Shown here piece after piece: positions 46,082 to 57,784 of a stretch of 64,000 nucleotides of DNA. The stretch comes from Planctomycetota bacterium (GTDB lineage Bacteria > Planctomycetota > B15-G4 > SIAN01), in contig JANNXA010000051.1 of NCBI GenBank assembly GCA_031409275.1, positions 64,001-128,000 on the forward strand, written 5' to 3'. Every line of letters starts with the position of its first letter. Within the stretch, counting starts at the first letter, position 1. The translations under genes and the position numbers were made by a program. The notes beneath the pieces were generated by a model. The model did not search any database. It was not told the DNA's origin and saw only the letters and a list, made by a program, of their open reading frames with translations.

Positions 46082-48271
46082 TCAGTGCCGCGCGGTCGCG
46101 CGCACGGCCGTCGCGCGCGGCGGAGGCAGCGTCGCAGCGAGGAATGCTGCACGATCGGCGATCGGTTGCCAGCCGAGCTCGCGCTTGGGTGCGGTGTTGT
46201 CGAACGGCCGCGCCGCGGAGCGCGTCGCCAGATCGCGGAAGCTCGGCGCTTCTGCGCCCGGCTTGCGGATCGCAAGCTTCACCGCGTACTTGAAGAGCTC
46301 TTCGAGGTACCAGCGCGTGATCGACTCGGGGTGGAACTGGAAGTCGCGATGGAGGCGATTGCGCAGCAGCTCGACCCATTCGCGCGCGGTGAGGCGCACG
46401 TCGCCGACGAGGTTGTAGGAACGGTTGGCAGCGGCCGGCAGCAGCGCCATTCGAGCGAGGCCGTCCGCCACATCCTCGACGGTCACGAAAGGCAGCGCCT
46501 TGTTGCCGCCGCCCCAGCCGAAGACCTGGCTGTCCTTCGCCCAGAAGCCGACGCCGGAGTGCTGCGGCGCTCCGCGCGACCCGACCACGAGGCCCGGACG
46601 CGCCAGCACGAGTTCGAGCTTCGGTTCGAGCTTCTGTTCCACGGCGAGGGCGCGCAGCAGCGCTTCGGTGGCGATCTTGCCGCGCGCGTAGAGGCTGCGT
46701 CTGGCCGGATCAGGGTCGAGCGGCGCATCCTCCGTCACCGGCGCCGCACTCGCGTCGCCAAGGTCGTAGACGGCGATCGAGCTGGTGTAGACCAGCCGCT
46801 TCGCCCCGCTCGCGGCGCACGCATTCGCGACGGTGCGCGCGCCGCCGAGCATCGTGCGCTCGAAGTCGGCCCACGTGTCGCCGCCGCCGGTCGCCAGGTG
46901 GACCACCGCGGCGCAGCCCGAGAACGCACGCTCGAGTGCCGCCGGATCGGAGAGCTCGCCGGAGAAGAGCGTGACGCCGTCGCGACGCAGCGCGTCAGGG
47001 ACGAACGCCGGCTTGCGCACCAGGGCGTGAACGCGCTGGCCGGCACGCAGCAGCCGCTCGACGAGATGGGTGCCAAGGAAGCCGTTGGCCCCCGTCACCG
47101 CCACCGCGACGTCGCCGCTCGAGGCGGCCGCATCGAGGCGCGCGGCCGGCGTCGCGGCGACCGCGGCAGGAGCCGCCGAAGTCGCAACGCTCGCCTCCGC
47201 ATCCGGCACCGCAGCGGCGGCGAGATCGCAGCACTCGACCACCTGCAGTCCTTGCTGCGCATCGCACGGATACGCGAGCCCGCCACGCAGGCTCGCGTGG
47301 AACGCGGCCAGCGAATCGCGCATGCCGACGAAGAAGAGGTCGCTGCGGCCGCGCAGCTTCAACGTCGAGCCCATGTAGTCGAGCGCGCCACGTCCACCGG
47401 CGCGCAACAGCGCCAGCGCATTCGACTGCGCGTTCTTCCATTGATCCCAGAAGTCGGGCCAGGGCGTCTTGCGCGTCTGCGTCACGTGGCCGCGCAGCAG
47501 ATCGACGTGCAGCGATCCGTCCTGGCCGAGCAGCCGCACGAAGCTCTCGGCGAAGTCGCGGCCGAAGGAGAGATGCAGCGACGCGGTGCCGCGCTCGTGG
47601 GTGAGCGCCAGCTGCCAGGTGTCATAGAAGACGACGCCCGGCGCGAGCTCGCGGCGGCCGCCGGGAACCGACGTCACCGAACGGACCGGTCCCAGCAGAT
47701 CGACGAGTTGCGAGAAAGGGTGGGTCGCCTGCTCGAAGATGATGTTGCGCGGCGTGCGGAACATGAAGTGGGCGAAGTCGCGGGTGTTCAGCTGCCGCAG
47801 CGGCACCGACAGGCAGGCGAAGACGTGGTCGAGCTCGCCGAGTTCGCCACGCGCCAGCGTCGCCTTCGCGGCCCGGAACGACGGATGGAAGGTCGCGTTG
47901 TGGTTCACCGCCAGCGGCAGACCGCGCGCCGCGGCCAGCAGCAGCAGCCGCTGCGCATCACCGCGGTTCGTCGCGAGCGGCTTCTCGAGGAAGACGCCGA
48001 CACCCGCTTCCAGCAGCTCGGTCGCGACGTCGACATGGCGCTGCGGCGGGACCAGCGCGTGGGCGACGTCGGGCTTGCCGGCCGCCACCATCTCGGCGAT
48101 CGAAGCGTGCACGCGAACGACGCCGTGCTTGCGCGCCAGCGCCTCGGCGCGCGCGCGGTCGACGTCGACCAGCGCGATCACCTCGACGCCCGGCAACCCC
48201 TTCAGCACCTGCAGGTGGTAGTCGGCGATGAAGCCGGCCCCCACCACCGCCACCTTGCTCTTCGCGTTCAC
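46082..48271 (-). CDS. fusion: Gfo/Idh/MocA oxidoreductase + NAD-dependent epimerase/dehydratase
   Basis: N-terminal VAVVGAGFIA..VFLEKPLA..VNHN; C-terminal VTGANGFLG, YTSS, YARGK (YxxxK). GTG start overlaps the upstream stop. Confidence 0.85.
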   Translation of the reverse strand: MNAKSKVAVVGAGFIADYHLQVLKGLPGVEVIALVDVDRARAEALARKHGVVRVHASIAEMVAAGKPDVAHALVPPQRHVDVATELLEAGVGVFLEKPLATNRGDAQRLLLLAAARGLPLAVNHNATFHPSFRAAKATLARGELGELDHVFACLSVPLRQLNTRDFAHFMFRTPRNIIFEQATHPFSQLVDLLGPVRSVTSVPGGRRELAPGVVFYDTWQLALTHERGTASLHLSFGRDFAESFVRLLGQDGSLHVDLLRGHVTQTRKTPWPDFWDQWKNAQSNALALLRAGGRGALDYMGSTLKLRGRSDLFFVGMRDSLAAFHASLRGGLAYPCDAQQGLQVVECCDLAAAAVPDAEASVATSAAPAAVAATPAARLDAAASSGDVAVAVTGANGFLGTHLVERLLRAGQRVHALVRKPAFVPDALRRDGVTLFSGELSDPAALERAFSGCAAVVHLATGGGDTWADFERTMLGGARTVANACAASGAKRLVYTSSIAVYDLGDASAAPVTEDAPLDPDPARRSLYARGKIATEALLRALAVEQKLEPKLELVLARPGLVVGSRGAPQHSGVGFWAKDSQVFGWGGGNKALPFVTVEDVADGLARMALLPAAANRSYNLVGDVRLTAREWVELLRNRLHRDFQFHPESITRWYLEELFKYAVKLAIRKPGAEAPSFRDLATRSAARPFDNTAPKRELGWQPIADRAAFLAATLPPPRATAVRATARH

Positions 48272-49788
48272 GATCCCCCCGCGCAGCAACTGCCTGCCGC
48301 CCCGCCTGTGGCCGCCGCCGGCTTCGGCGCGCGGCGCGCCTCGGTGACGATCGCCCGCACCCGCTCCATCAACGTCGGCCCGTGGTACGGGATGCCGTCC
48401 TTGATCGTCCATTCGACGCCGCCGGCGTGAACCGGGCGGCCCGCCACGTTCACGTCCGCACCGGTCGGATAGAGCAGCCGCAAGTTGTCGAGCGGATTGC
48501 CGTTCACCAGCACGAGGTCGGCGAGGTGGCCGGCGCGCACGCGGCCGAGCTGCCGCTCGACGCCGACGACCCGCGCCCCGTTCAGGGTCGCCTGGCTGAT
48601 CACCTCGAGCGGCTGGAAGCCCGCCTCCTCGTGGAGCTCGAGCTCGCGCAGGTAGCCGAAGCCGTACATCTCGTAGATGAAGCCGGCGTCCTCGCCGCAG
48701 GTCACCGTGCCGCCGAGGTCGGCGAAGCGCTTCACCGCCGCCATCCAGATGCGGTAGTTCTCGCGCCAATACGCCTCGTCGGTGCTGCTCCAACCGATGA
48801 AATAGCTGCCATGCGATTCGAGGTTGGGCTCGAAGAACTTGGCGAGCCCGGGATGGAGCAGGTCGCGGAACCACGGCTGGTTCTGCGCGCGGGTCAAGTC
48901 GCGCGACGCCTCGTAGATCGCCAAGGTCGGATCCCAGGCGAGCTTCGCGGTGACCATCGCGCGCAGCACTTCGTCGAGTTTCGCCGCGTCGGTCTCGCGC
49001 CACAGACGGCCGGCGTAGCGGAAGCGGTCGACCTCGTCGCTGTAGGAGAAGTCGGCAGGGAAGCGCTGCAGCCCGTTCAGCGCGGCGTCGGGGATGCCGT
49101 ACCAATGCTCGATCGACGTCATGCCGAGCCGACAGCAGTCGAGCACGTTCGTCTCTTCGACGCCCATGTGGATCGTGGTCGGGAGCCCGAGTGACTTCGC
49201 CTCGTCCACCACCGCGTTCAGCGCGTCGCGGTCCATACTGAAGAGCTTGAGTCCGTCGGCGCCGCGGTTCTTCAACTCGCGGACCTGCGCCCGCAGCTCG
49301 TCGGGATTGCCGTTGTTCAGGAACGGGTAGATCCAGAAGCGCGGCGCGGCGAGGGTGCCCTCCTTGCTCTGCTGGCGCAGCACGAGGCTGCGCTCGAACT
49401 CGCTGCCGACATCGCGGACCGATGTGATGCCGCAGGCGAGCCAGAGGTTGAACTGGTACTCGTTCTCGATCGCCAGGCCGCCGCGCTCCTCCTGGATGTG
49501 GCCATGCAGGTTGAAGAAGCCCGGCAGCAGGAACTTGCCCTTCCCGTCGATCACCGTCGCGAAGGAGGTGTCGGCCTTCGCGCGTTCGACCGCCTCGATC
49601 CGATTGCCGCGTACCAGCACATCGGTCGGCCCGGTCGGCGGCGTCCCGTTGCCTTTGATCACCATCACGTCACGGATCAGCAGCGACTCCGCGCGCACGC
49701 CGTGGGTCGGCGGCGGAGCGTCGGCGGCGGAAGGTGCCGCGAAGATCGGCACCACGACGAGCGTGCAGAACAGGAGCGCCGGCGACAT
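48268..49788 (-). CDS. exported amidohydrolase-family protein
   Basis: Signal peptide; IDGKGKFLLPGFFNLHGH, GITSVRD, SIEH, GEDAG, ATLNGA, GHLADLVLVNGNPL. Confidence 0.88.
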   Translation of the reverse strand: MSPALLFCTLVVVPIFAAPSAADAPPPTHGVRAESLLIRDVMVIKGNGTPPTGPTDVLVRGNRIEAVERAKADTSFATVIDGKGKFLLPGFFNLHGHIQEERGGLAIENEYQFNLWLACGITSVRDVGSEFERSLVLRQQSKEGTLAAPRFWIYPFLNNGNPDELRAQVRELKNRGADGLKLFSMDRDALNAVVDEAKSLGLPTTIHMGVEETNVLDCCRLGMTSIEHWYGIPDAALNGLQRFPADFSYSDEVDRFRYAGRLWRETDAAKLDEVLRAMVTAKLAWDPTLAIYEASRDLTRAQNQPWFRDLLHPGLAKFFEPNLESHGSYFIGWSSTDEAYWRENYRIWMAAVKRFADLGGTVTCGEDAGFIYEMYGFGYLRELELHEEAGFQPLEVISQATLNGARVVGVERQLGRVRAGHLADLVLVNGNPLDNLRLLYPTGADVNVAGRPVHAGGVEWTIKDGIPYHGPTLMERVRAIVTEARRAPKPAAATGGAAGSCCAGGS

Positions 49789-49889
49789 CTCGATCCCCTC
49801 GAAGGACGCGCCGTGGAACCGCCGGCGCAGGAGGCGCGCGATTGTAGGCACGCCTTCGGCCGCGGCGGCGCTCGCCCGCACCGCCTTCG

Positions 49890-51998
49890 TCACTTCTTCG
49901 CGGGCTTTCCGGCTGGCTCGGTGGCGTTCGCGCTCCCCACCGTCTTCTGCCAGAAGGGGCTGTTCGCAGGCAGCGCCAGCAGCGCTTCGGGCCCCTTCTC
50001 CTTCACGTCGACGAACAGCCCGTACCACTCGCCGGTCTGCACGACGTTGTCGCTGCGCGTCGCCTTGGTGTAGCTGTCCTTGCCGCCGCCGAAGTCGAGC
50101 AGCGCGCCGATCGCCTGGAACGTGTGGTAGCTCGAATCGCCGCTGCCCCCCTGCGAATCGGCACCGCCACCGCCGCCGAAGCGATCGTCGCCGCCGCCAT
50201 CGAGCAGCACGGCGACGGCGGTGTTGGCGGTACCGCCGAGGGCGAGGCCACCGACGTCGTATTGATCGTCGCCCGCTTCGTCGATCAGCCAGCCGACCCC
50301 CTCGTCCCATGCAGCGCCGCAGTTGGCGGCGCACTGCGTGAGGTAGCGGTCATTGCCGCCCGCATCCCAGCGGATGCCGACCGCTTGATGGACGCCGAAA
50401 CCCTGGCTGTAGCGGAAGCCGTGATTCTCGTCGTCGCCGCCGCCGTCGAACATCAGGCCGAATCCGAAGTAGTAGGCGCCGCCCTGGCTGAAGTTGCCCG
50501 ACTCGTAGTAGTCCTTGCCGTTGCCGAAGTCGGCCAGCATCGCGAGTCCGCCGGCGAGCGGCTGCCCGTCGCGGAAACCGAAGCTGTAGCCCTGCGACGC
50601 GCCATGGAAGCTGCCCGGCCCCGAATCGCCGTAGACGTCTGGCCAGTGGCCATTCGCGACGTAGCGATCGTCGCCGCCGCCATCGACGAGCGCCGCGAAG
50701 CCGTTGCCGTCGCCCGCGCCTTGCGCATACGCCCACGCGTCGTAGCGATCGTTGCCGGCGCGATCGATCAGCACCCCGACGCCCGCGAACGAGTAGCCCT
50801 GCGCGTAGTCGTGCGCGACGTACTCATCGTCGCCGTCGAGATCGAGCAGCAGCGCGGTGCCGAAACACGCCGCCGCCTGGCCAAGACGCGCGCTCTCGTA
50901 ACGCTCCTTGCCCTTCGCGTCGACCAGCAACGCCACGCCGCAACTGGCGTAGGCGGGACCCGCCGCGCTCGTCGCGTAGCGCTCGTTGCCCGCAAGCTCG
51001 ATCACCACGCTCACGCGCTGCCCCTCGCCCTCGACCACCGCGGCGCGCTCCCAGGTGTCATCGCCGCCGAGGTCGATCACCAGCGCGGCGGCGCCGCTGA
51101 CGCTCGTCTTGCCGGGACCGAGCAGCACGACGCGTCCCTCGTCGCGGATGCCGACCGCGGCGATCACGTCGCCGCTGAAGCCGGGGAGCTTCTGCTTGGT
51201 GCGCGCCGTCTTCGCCAGGCGACGGCCAAGCGTCGCCACGAAGGCGGGATCGCCGAGGCGCGCGACGCGTTCGCTCACCGCGAGCAGTCGTGCCCGATCG
51301 AGTTTCCACGCCAACGCCTTGAAGCGTTCGAGCGTCGCGTTCTGCTCCGGCGACACCACGGGCTTGGGCGAGTGGCATTGGAAGAAGGCCTCGCACCATT
51401 GCGGGAACGCGGAGGCCGCGAGAGTCCGCTCCTCCGCGCTCACGCCCGGCAGGAGCGCGTCGAGCGAGTCGTGGCAGGTCGCAAGGTAACTCGACAACAG
51501 TTCGAGCAGCTCTTCGTTCTCGACCGCACCGCCATCGCGCGCAACGCCTCCAACCGGCGGCGCGATCTGCAACCAGAGCGCATCGAGGTCCGCGAGCGTC
51601 GTGCGGAACGGATCGGCGGCCTCGACCGGCAACGGCGGCACGTCGAGCCAACCGCCGATCTGCAACAGGAAGCTCGACAACGCGACGCCGCCGCTCTTCG
51701 GCAACGCGGCGCTCGCCCCATCGCGCAACTGTGCGGCGACGCCGGGCGCGCTCCACGGCTGCGTCAACGCCTCCACCACCATCGGCAACCGCGTTCGTCC
51801 CAGCACCCGTTCGCTGGCGCGCACCATCGCCGCGAGGTGGGCGGCGACGCCGGCGAACTCCTTCTCGAAACCGCGCGCGGCCGCGATCCGCTCGAGGAGT
51901 TGCCACGCCGGCGGCTTGACGACCGTCGGCGCCTCCTCCGCAACCGCGCACGGCAGGGCGAAAAAGGCAGCGAGCAGCGCAGCAGGTTCGATGGCCAT
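49890..51998 (-). CDS. exported hypothetical protein with about 12 Gly/Asp-rich repeats
   Basis: Signal peptide MAIEPAALLAAFFALPCAVA; repeats of hhhD-x-x-G-[DN]-D-x-Y in the C-terminal half. Forms the C-terminal 702 aa of the 1335-aa track ORF. Confidence 0.75.
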   Translation of the reverse strand: MAIEPAALLAAFFALPCAVAEEAPTVVKPPAWQLLERIAAARGFEKEFAGVAAHLAAMVRASERVLGRTRLPMVVEALTQPWSAPGVAAQLRDGASAALPKSGGVALSSFLLQIGGWLDVPPLPVEAADPFRTTLADLDALWLQIAPPVGGVARDGGAVENEELLELLSSYLATCHDSLDALLPGVSAEERTLAASAFPQWCEAFFQCHSPKPVVSPEQNATLERFKALAWKLDRARLLAVSERVARLGDPAFVATLGRRLAKTARTKQKLPGFSGDVIAAVGIRDEGRVVLLGPGKTSVSGAAALVIDLGGDDTWERAAVVEGEGQRVSVVIELAGNERYATSAAGPAYASCGVALLVDAKGKERYESARLGQAAACFGTALLLDLDGDDEYVAHDYAQGYSFAGVGVLIDRAGNDRYDAWAYAQGAGDGNGFAALVDGGGDDRYVANGHWPDVYGDSGPGSFHGASQGYSFGFRDGQPLAGGLAMLADFGNGKDYYESGNFSQGGAYYFGFGLMFDGGGDDENHGFRYSQGFGVHQAVGIRWDAGGNDRYLTQCAANCGAAWDEGVGWLIDEAGDDQYDVGGLALGGTANTAVAVLLDGGGDDRFGGGGGADSQGGSGDSSYHTFQAIGALLDFGGGKDSYTKATRSDNVVQTGEWYGLFVDVKEKGPEALLALPANSPFWQKTVGSANATEPAGKPAKK

Positions 51999-52091
51999 GG
52001 CGCGATCGTAGGCCGGGGCGTCGCGAACCGGCGCGGCGCGCTTCGCTATCCTTCCGCGCCTCGCATGACGGCTGCCGGCTGTCGTGCGCAC

Positions 52092-53843
<1,752 letters not shown>

Positions 53844-53944
53844 AAGCGCGTCGCAACGCGTCACCTCGTCGCTTCTCCGCCACCGCGCGCGTCGCAATGA
53901 CGCGTGCGGTGCGGTCGATCGCCCATGCGGTCGGCGGGTGGTGA

Positions 53945-53960
53945 TGGCACGAAGCGTGCA
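53945..53960 (+). promoter_or_regulatory. sigma54-type -24/-12 promoter upstream of hsp20
   Basis: TGGCACGAAGCGTGCA: GG-N10-GC spacing, one mismatch to TGGCACGnnnnTTGCA. Confidence 0.65.
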
Positions 53961-54010
53961 TTGCTCCTCACGCCGCCCGCGAGTGCGCGCGGCTCGGAGG
54001 AGTTGAACCC

Positions 54011-54487
54011 ATGGATTGCATGATTCCGTTCCGTCGGCGCGCGCCAGGTTCCTCGACCGCCGCGCTTGCCCGCAGCCCGAATTCGCTGCTCGATCGACTG
54101 ATCAGCGACCATTTCGGCGACTCGTGGTTTGTGGTCCCCAACGGCCCACAGGAGTCGAACTGGCTGCCGGCCGTCGAGCTCGAGGAGACCGAGGCGCAGA
54201 TCACCGTTCACGTCGAGCTGCCTGGCATCGACGCGAAGGAGGTCGACCTCCAGCTGCACGATGACGTGCTGGTGATCTCGGGCAAGAAAGAGACTCGATC
54301 CAAGGGTTCGCAGGGGGGCCGAACCTGGTCGGAGCGCCGCTTCGGCTCGTTCCGGCGCGAGCTCGAGTTGCCCGCGACGGTGGCCGCGGACAGCGTGCGC
54401 GCGACCTGCGAGAAGGGAGTGCTCACCATCACCATGCAGAAGTCGAAGAGCGCCGGCGGTCGCAAGATCGCCGTCGAAAGCAAGTAG
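54011..54487 (+). CDS. small heat-shock protein (Hsp20/alpha-crystallin)
   Basis: PAVELEE, VELPGI, LVISGKK, ERRFGSFRRELELP, GVLTITM, C-terminal I-x-V; GGAGGAG RBS. Confidence 0.93.
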   Translation: MDCMIPFRRRAPGSSTAALARSPNSLLDRLISDHFGDSWFVVPNGPQESNWLPAVELEETEAQITVHVELPGIDAKEVDLQLHDDVLVISGKKETRSKGSQGGRTWSERRFGSFRRELELPATVAADSVRATCEKGVLTITMQKSKSAGGRKIAVESK

Positions 54488-54676
54488 GCGGCATCGATCC
54501 GGCACCGATCCGGCGCCGATCCGATCACGCGGGTGCCGCTCCCCTTCGGAGCGGTGCCCGCGTCCGTTGCCAGGGTGGTCGCTGCGGGCTAGGAACGTGA
54601 GCGCGTCGCTTGCCCGAAAGTCCGGAGCCGTCGCGCGTCGATCGCAAGGACGTGCCGCTCGAAGCGAAGGACCACG

Positions 54677-56623
54677 GTGCATCTCCTCCCTGTGCTCTGG
54701 ATTGCATGGCTGACCGCCGCCGCCCCTCCACCGGCGGTCGCCGCGGCACCATGGCCGGTCGTGCAGGAGGACGAGGTGGCGCGCTTGCAGGCGCTCGCCG
54801 CGATTCCTGACACCGACGAGGCGGCGCGAGCGCGGGCACGCCTCGTCAGCATCGCGCTCGGCGCCGACGCACCGCTGGCCGACTCCGCCGTCGAGGCGCT
54901 CGGCGCCTTCGGCGGACACGCGGATCGAGCGCTCGACGAAGTGGTCCGGCTCGGCGTCGCGCTGTCGGCACGCCAGCGCGCACTCGAGATCCGCCTGGCA
55001 CGGCGCGCGCCGGCGCAGGCCGCCGGGTTCGCGCGCCTCGCCGGTCTCGATCTGCCGGTCGTGCTGCGCCTGCTGGCGCTCGACGGCATCGGAACTTCGC
55101 CCGACGGGCTCGCCGCCATCGAACCGCTGCTGCGCTCCAACGAACCGCGGCTGCAGACGCGTGTGCTGCGCATGCTGACCGCGGCACGCGCCCCGGCGGC
55201 CTTCTCGTTCGCGCACAGCGTGTTGACGCCCGAGTCGCGCCAGCCCGTGCAATTGCAGGTCGCCGCGATCGATGCGCTGCGCGAAGAGCGTTCGCGTCCG
55301 GCGATCGAGCGACTGCTCGACACGGCCGCGCAGCAGACGGGCGAGGTCCGCGAGTTCGCCTTCAAATCGCTGCTGGTCATGGAGCGCGGCGCCGTCGTGC
55401 TGACGCTGCTGCCGATGCTCGCGCCGCTGGCACCGACGCCGCGCACCCTGGTCGCGATCGAGGCGATCGCCCGCTTCGACCTGACCGACCTCCCGGAGCT
55501 GCGCTCCGCCCTGCGCGGGACGCTCGCCCACTCCGATGCCGAGGTCCGCGCGGCGGCGCTCGGCGCGCTGGCCGCCGCCAGCGATCGCGAAGCGCTGCCG
55601 CTGCTCGAACGGGCGACCCTCGATCCCGACCCGCTCGTCGCGGTGGCGGCGATCGAGGCCGTCTCGCGCCTGCGCAGAGGCGAGCCGGCCTGGCAGCAGC
55701 GGCTGTTGCAGCTGGCGCGCGCACGCATGCCGTTGCAGCGGATCGCCGCCGCGCAGGCACTCGCCGATGGCGCCGACCCGACCACCGAGGCGGTGCAACT
55801 GCAGCTGCTGGCCGACGACCAGTGGCGCGTGCGCGAGCAGGCGGCGCGAGGGCTCGGCGAACTGCGCAGCGTCATGGCGGTCGGACCGCTGATCGAGTTG
55901 GTGGCGAGCGAGCGCCGGCGCGTTCGCCTCGTCGCCGCCGCGGCGTTGCGCCGCATCTCCGGAATGCCGTTTCGCGATCTGGCCAGCGATTGGCGCCGCT
56001 GGTGGAGCGACCACTCCACCGGCTTCGTCGCGCCGCCGCTGGAACAGGTCACCGCCATGGAGGTGCGCCTCGCCACCAACCGCGCGCAAGCGACGACGCG
56101 CGCGAGCTTCTACGGCGTGCCCATCGAGTCCGACCACCTCACGCTGGTGATCGACGTTTCGGGAAGCATGGCCGCGCCCGACGGCACCGCCGAACGCACC
56201 CGGCTCGACGTTGCCAACGACGAAGTGAATCAGCTCACGCGTCAGCTCGAACCGGGCGCTGCGCTCAACCTTGTGTTCTTCGCCGACAGCGTGCGCAAGT
56301 GGAAGCCGCGCTTGTGCCGCGTCGACCGCTCGACCGCGGCGCAGGTCGACGCCTTCGCGCGAATGCAGCGTGCCGGCGGCGCGACCAACCTCTTCGATGC
56401 CCTGATGGCAGCGCTCGACGACCCCGAAGTCGACACGATCTACCTGCTCTCCGATGGCGCCCCGACGGCCGGTCGCATGGTCGATCCCGCCCTGCTGCGC
56501 GCGGAGGTGCGCCACCGCAACGTCGGGGGGCGCGTGCGCATCCATGCCGTCTCGATCGGAGGAGCGAGCCCGCTGCTGCGCCACCTGGCCGCCGACTCGG
56601 GCGGAAGCTACGTCGACCGCTGA
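54677..56623 (+). CDS. exported HEAT-repeat + vWA domain protein (paralog of 9969-11531)
   Basis: Signal peptide, HEAT repeats (EVRAAALGAL, WRVREQAARGL), vWA VIDVSGSM / ATNLFDAL / LLSDG. Confidence 0.82.
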   Translation: MHLLPVLWIAWLTAAAPPPAVAAAPWPVVQEDEVARLQALAAIPDTDEAARARARLVSIALGADAPLADSAVEALGAFGGHADRALDEVVRLGVALSARQRALEIRLARRAPAQAAGFARLAGLDLPVVLRLLALDGIGTSPDGLAAIEPLLRSNEPRLQTRVLRMLTAARAPAAFSFAHSVLTPESRQPVQLQVAAIDALREERSRPAIERLLDTAAQQTGEVREFAFKSLLVMERGAVVLTLLPMLAPLAPTPRTLVAIEAIARFDLTDLPELRSALRGTLAHSDAEVRAAALGALAAASDREALPLLERATLDPDPLVAVAAIEAVSRLRRGEPAWQQRLLQLARARMPLQRIAAAQALADGADPTTEAVQLQLLADDQWRVREQAARGLGELRSVMAVGPLIELVASERRRVRLVAAAALRRISGMPFRDLASDWRRWWSDHSTGFVAPPLEQVTAMEVRLATNRAQATTRASFYGVPIESDHLTLVIDVSGSMAAPDGTAERTRLDVANDEVNQLTRQLEPGAALNLVFFADSVRKWKPRLCRVDRSTAAQVDAFARMQRAGGATNLFDALMAALDDPEVDTIYLLSDGAPTAGRMVDPALLRAEVRHRNVGGRVRIHAVSIGGASPLLRHLAADSGGSYVDR

Positions 56624-56671
56624 TCGGCCGCCGCGTTCAGCCGCGAGCGCCGTGCGGTCGATGTCGACTGC

Positions 56672-57751
56672 ATGGACCTCCCCCCGCGCGAACTGACCTC
56701 TCGCTCACCGCCGTCGAAGCGGCCGCTGCTGGTGCCCGCGCTCGTCGTCGGCGCCATCGGCTTGCTGGCACTCTCCGCGGTGATCGACTGGCCCAAGAGC
56801 GAGCCACAGGCGCGCCGCCAATTGACGCTGCGAGCCGCGGAGCTCGAAGCGTGGCTTCGCCAGGAGCTCCTCGTTCCGCAAGATCGGGTCGCGCTGTGCG
56901 AGCCCGGCGGCGCGCCGGAGTCGGCCCCCGCATGGCAGGCGCTCTTCGCGGAACTCGAAACGGTCGCGCGCGCCGGTTCGCCGCAGTTCGCGCTGCCGAG
57001 CCTTGTCGACTCGATCGAGCTTGCCGCGCACGTCGATGCCGCGCTTGGCGCGCGTCGCTTCACCCCCTTCGGGTCGCTCGACGCGTTGCTCGATGATGAA
57101 TGGCCGCGCCGCGCACGGCTGCTCGCGACGTTGATCGAGCGGACGCAGGCGCCTGCGGACGGGTCGCTGGTGCGCTGGCTCGACGTCGCGCTGGTCTTCG
57201 CCGCTGACCTTCGGGCCACCGGCCTGCTGGCGCCAGCGCTCCACGCCGCCCGGCTGAACGACGTCGTCGAGCGCCGACTGCTGCGCCGCGACGACCCGCT
57301 CGACCCGTTGGCGCTGGCGACGCTGCACGACCATGCGCTCGCCGCGCGCGCGACGCTGCCGCCCTCGAGCCTGCTCGCCGAGCGCGAGCAGCGCCTGCTG
57401 CAGTCTTCGATCTGCATGCTCGCCGACATCCCGCCGTTCCAGTCCGCGCATGAGCGGCTGGCTCCGCAGGAGAGTTGGCCACTCGTTGCCGCCGCCTTCG
57501 CAGTCGAGCGACTCGAGGGTTACGACGATCAGCTCGCGCTGCTCCTCGCCGTTCCGCCGAGCGAGCATGCGCGTGCGAACTACGAGAAGTTCTCGGAACG
57601 ACTCTGCGAAGAGGTCCCGCAACTGGCGCCCTTGCTCGCCGACAGCGGGATCACGACGCCGCTTCGCGGCGAAGCGCAACGCCTCGAACGGATCGCTCAC
57701 CTGGCGGCGGCACGCTCGCCCGGAATTGATCCGAGCGGCAGGCGCCAGTAG
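56672..57751 (+). CDS. hypothetical membrane-anchored helical protein
   Basis: One N-terminal TM helix, Leu/Ala-rich; sits in operon position; no motif recognised. Confidence 0.55.
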   Translation: MDLPPRELTSRSPPSKRPLLVPALVVGAIGLLALSAVIDWPKSEPQARRQLTLRAAELEAWLRQELLVPQDRVALCEPGGAPESAPAWQALFAELETVARAGSPQFALPSLVDSIELAAHVDAALGARRFTPFGSLDALLDDEWPRRARLLATLIERTQAPADGSLVRWLDVALVFAADLRATGLLAPALHAARLNDVVERRLLRRDDPLDPLALATLHDHALAARATLPPSSLLAEREQRLLQSSICMLADIPPFQSAHERLAPQESWPLVAAAFAVERLEGYDDQLALLLAVPPSEHARANYEKFSERLCEEVPQLAPLLADSGITTPLRGEAQRLERIAHLAAARSPGIDPSGRRQ

Positions 57752-57784
57752 CGTCCGCGGCTTTCCCCACCGGGATCGCCCGCC

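Noticed and set aside
54494..54527. GATCCGGC tandem repeat after hsp20
   Set aside because: Only two to three short units; no function can be supported.
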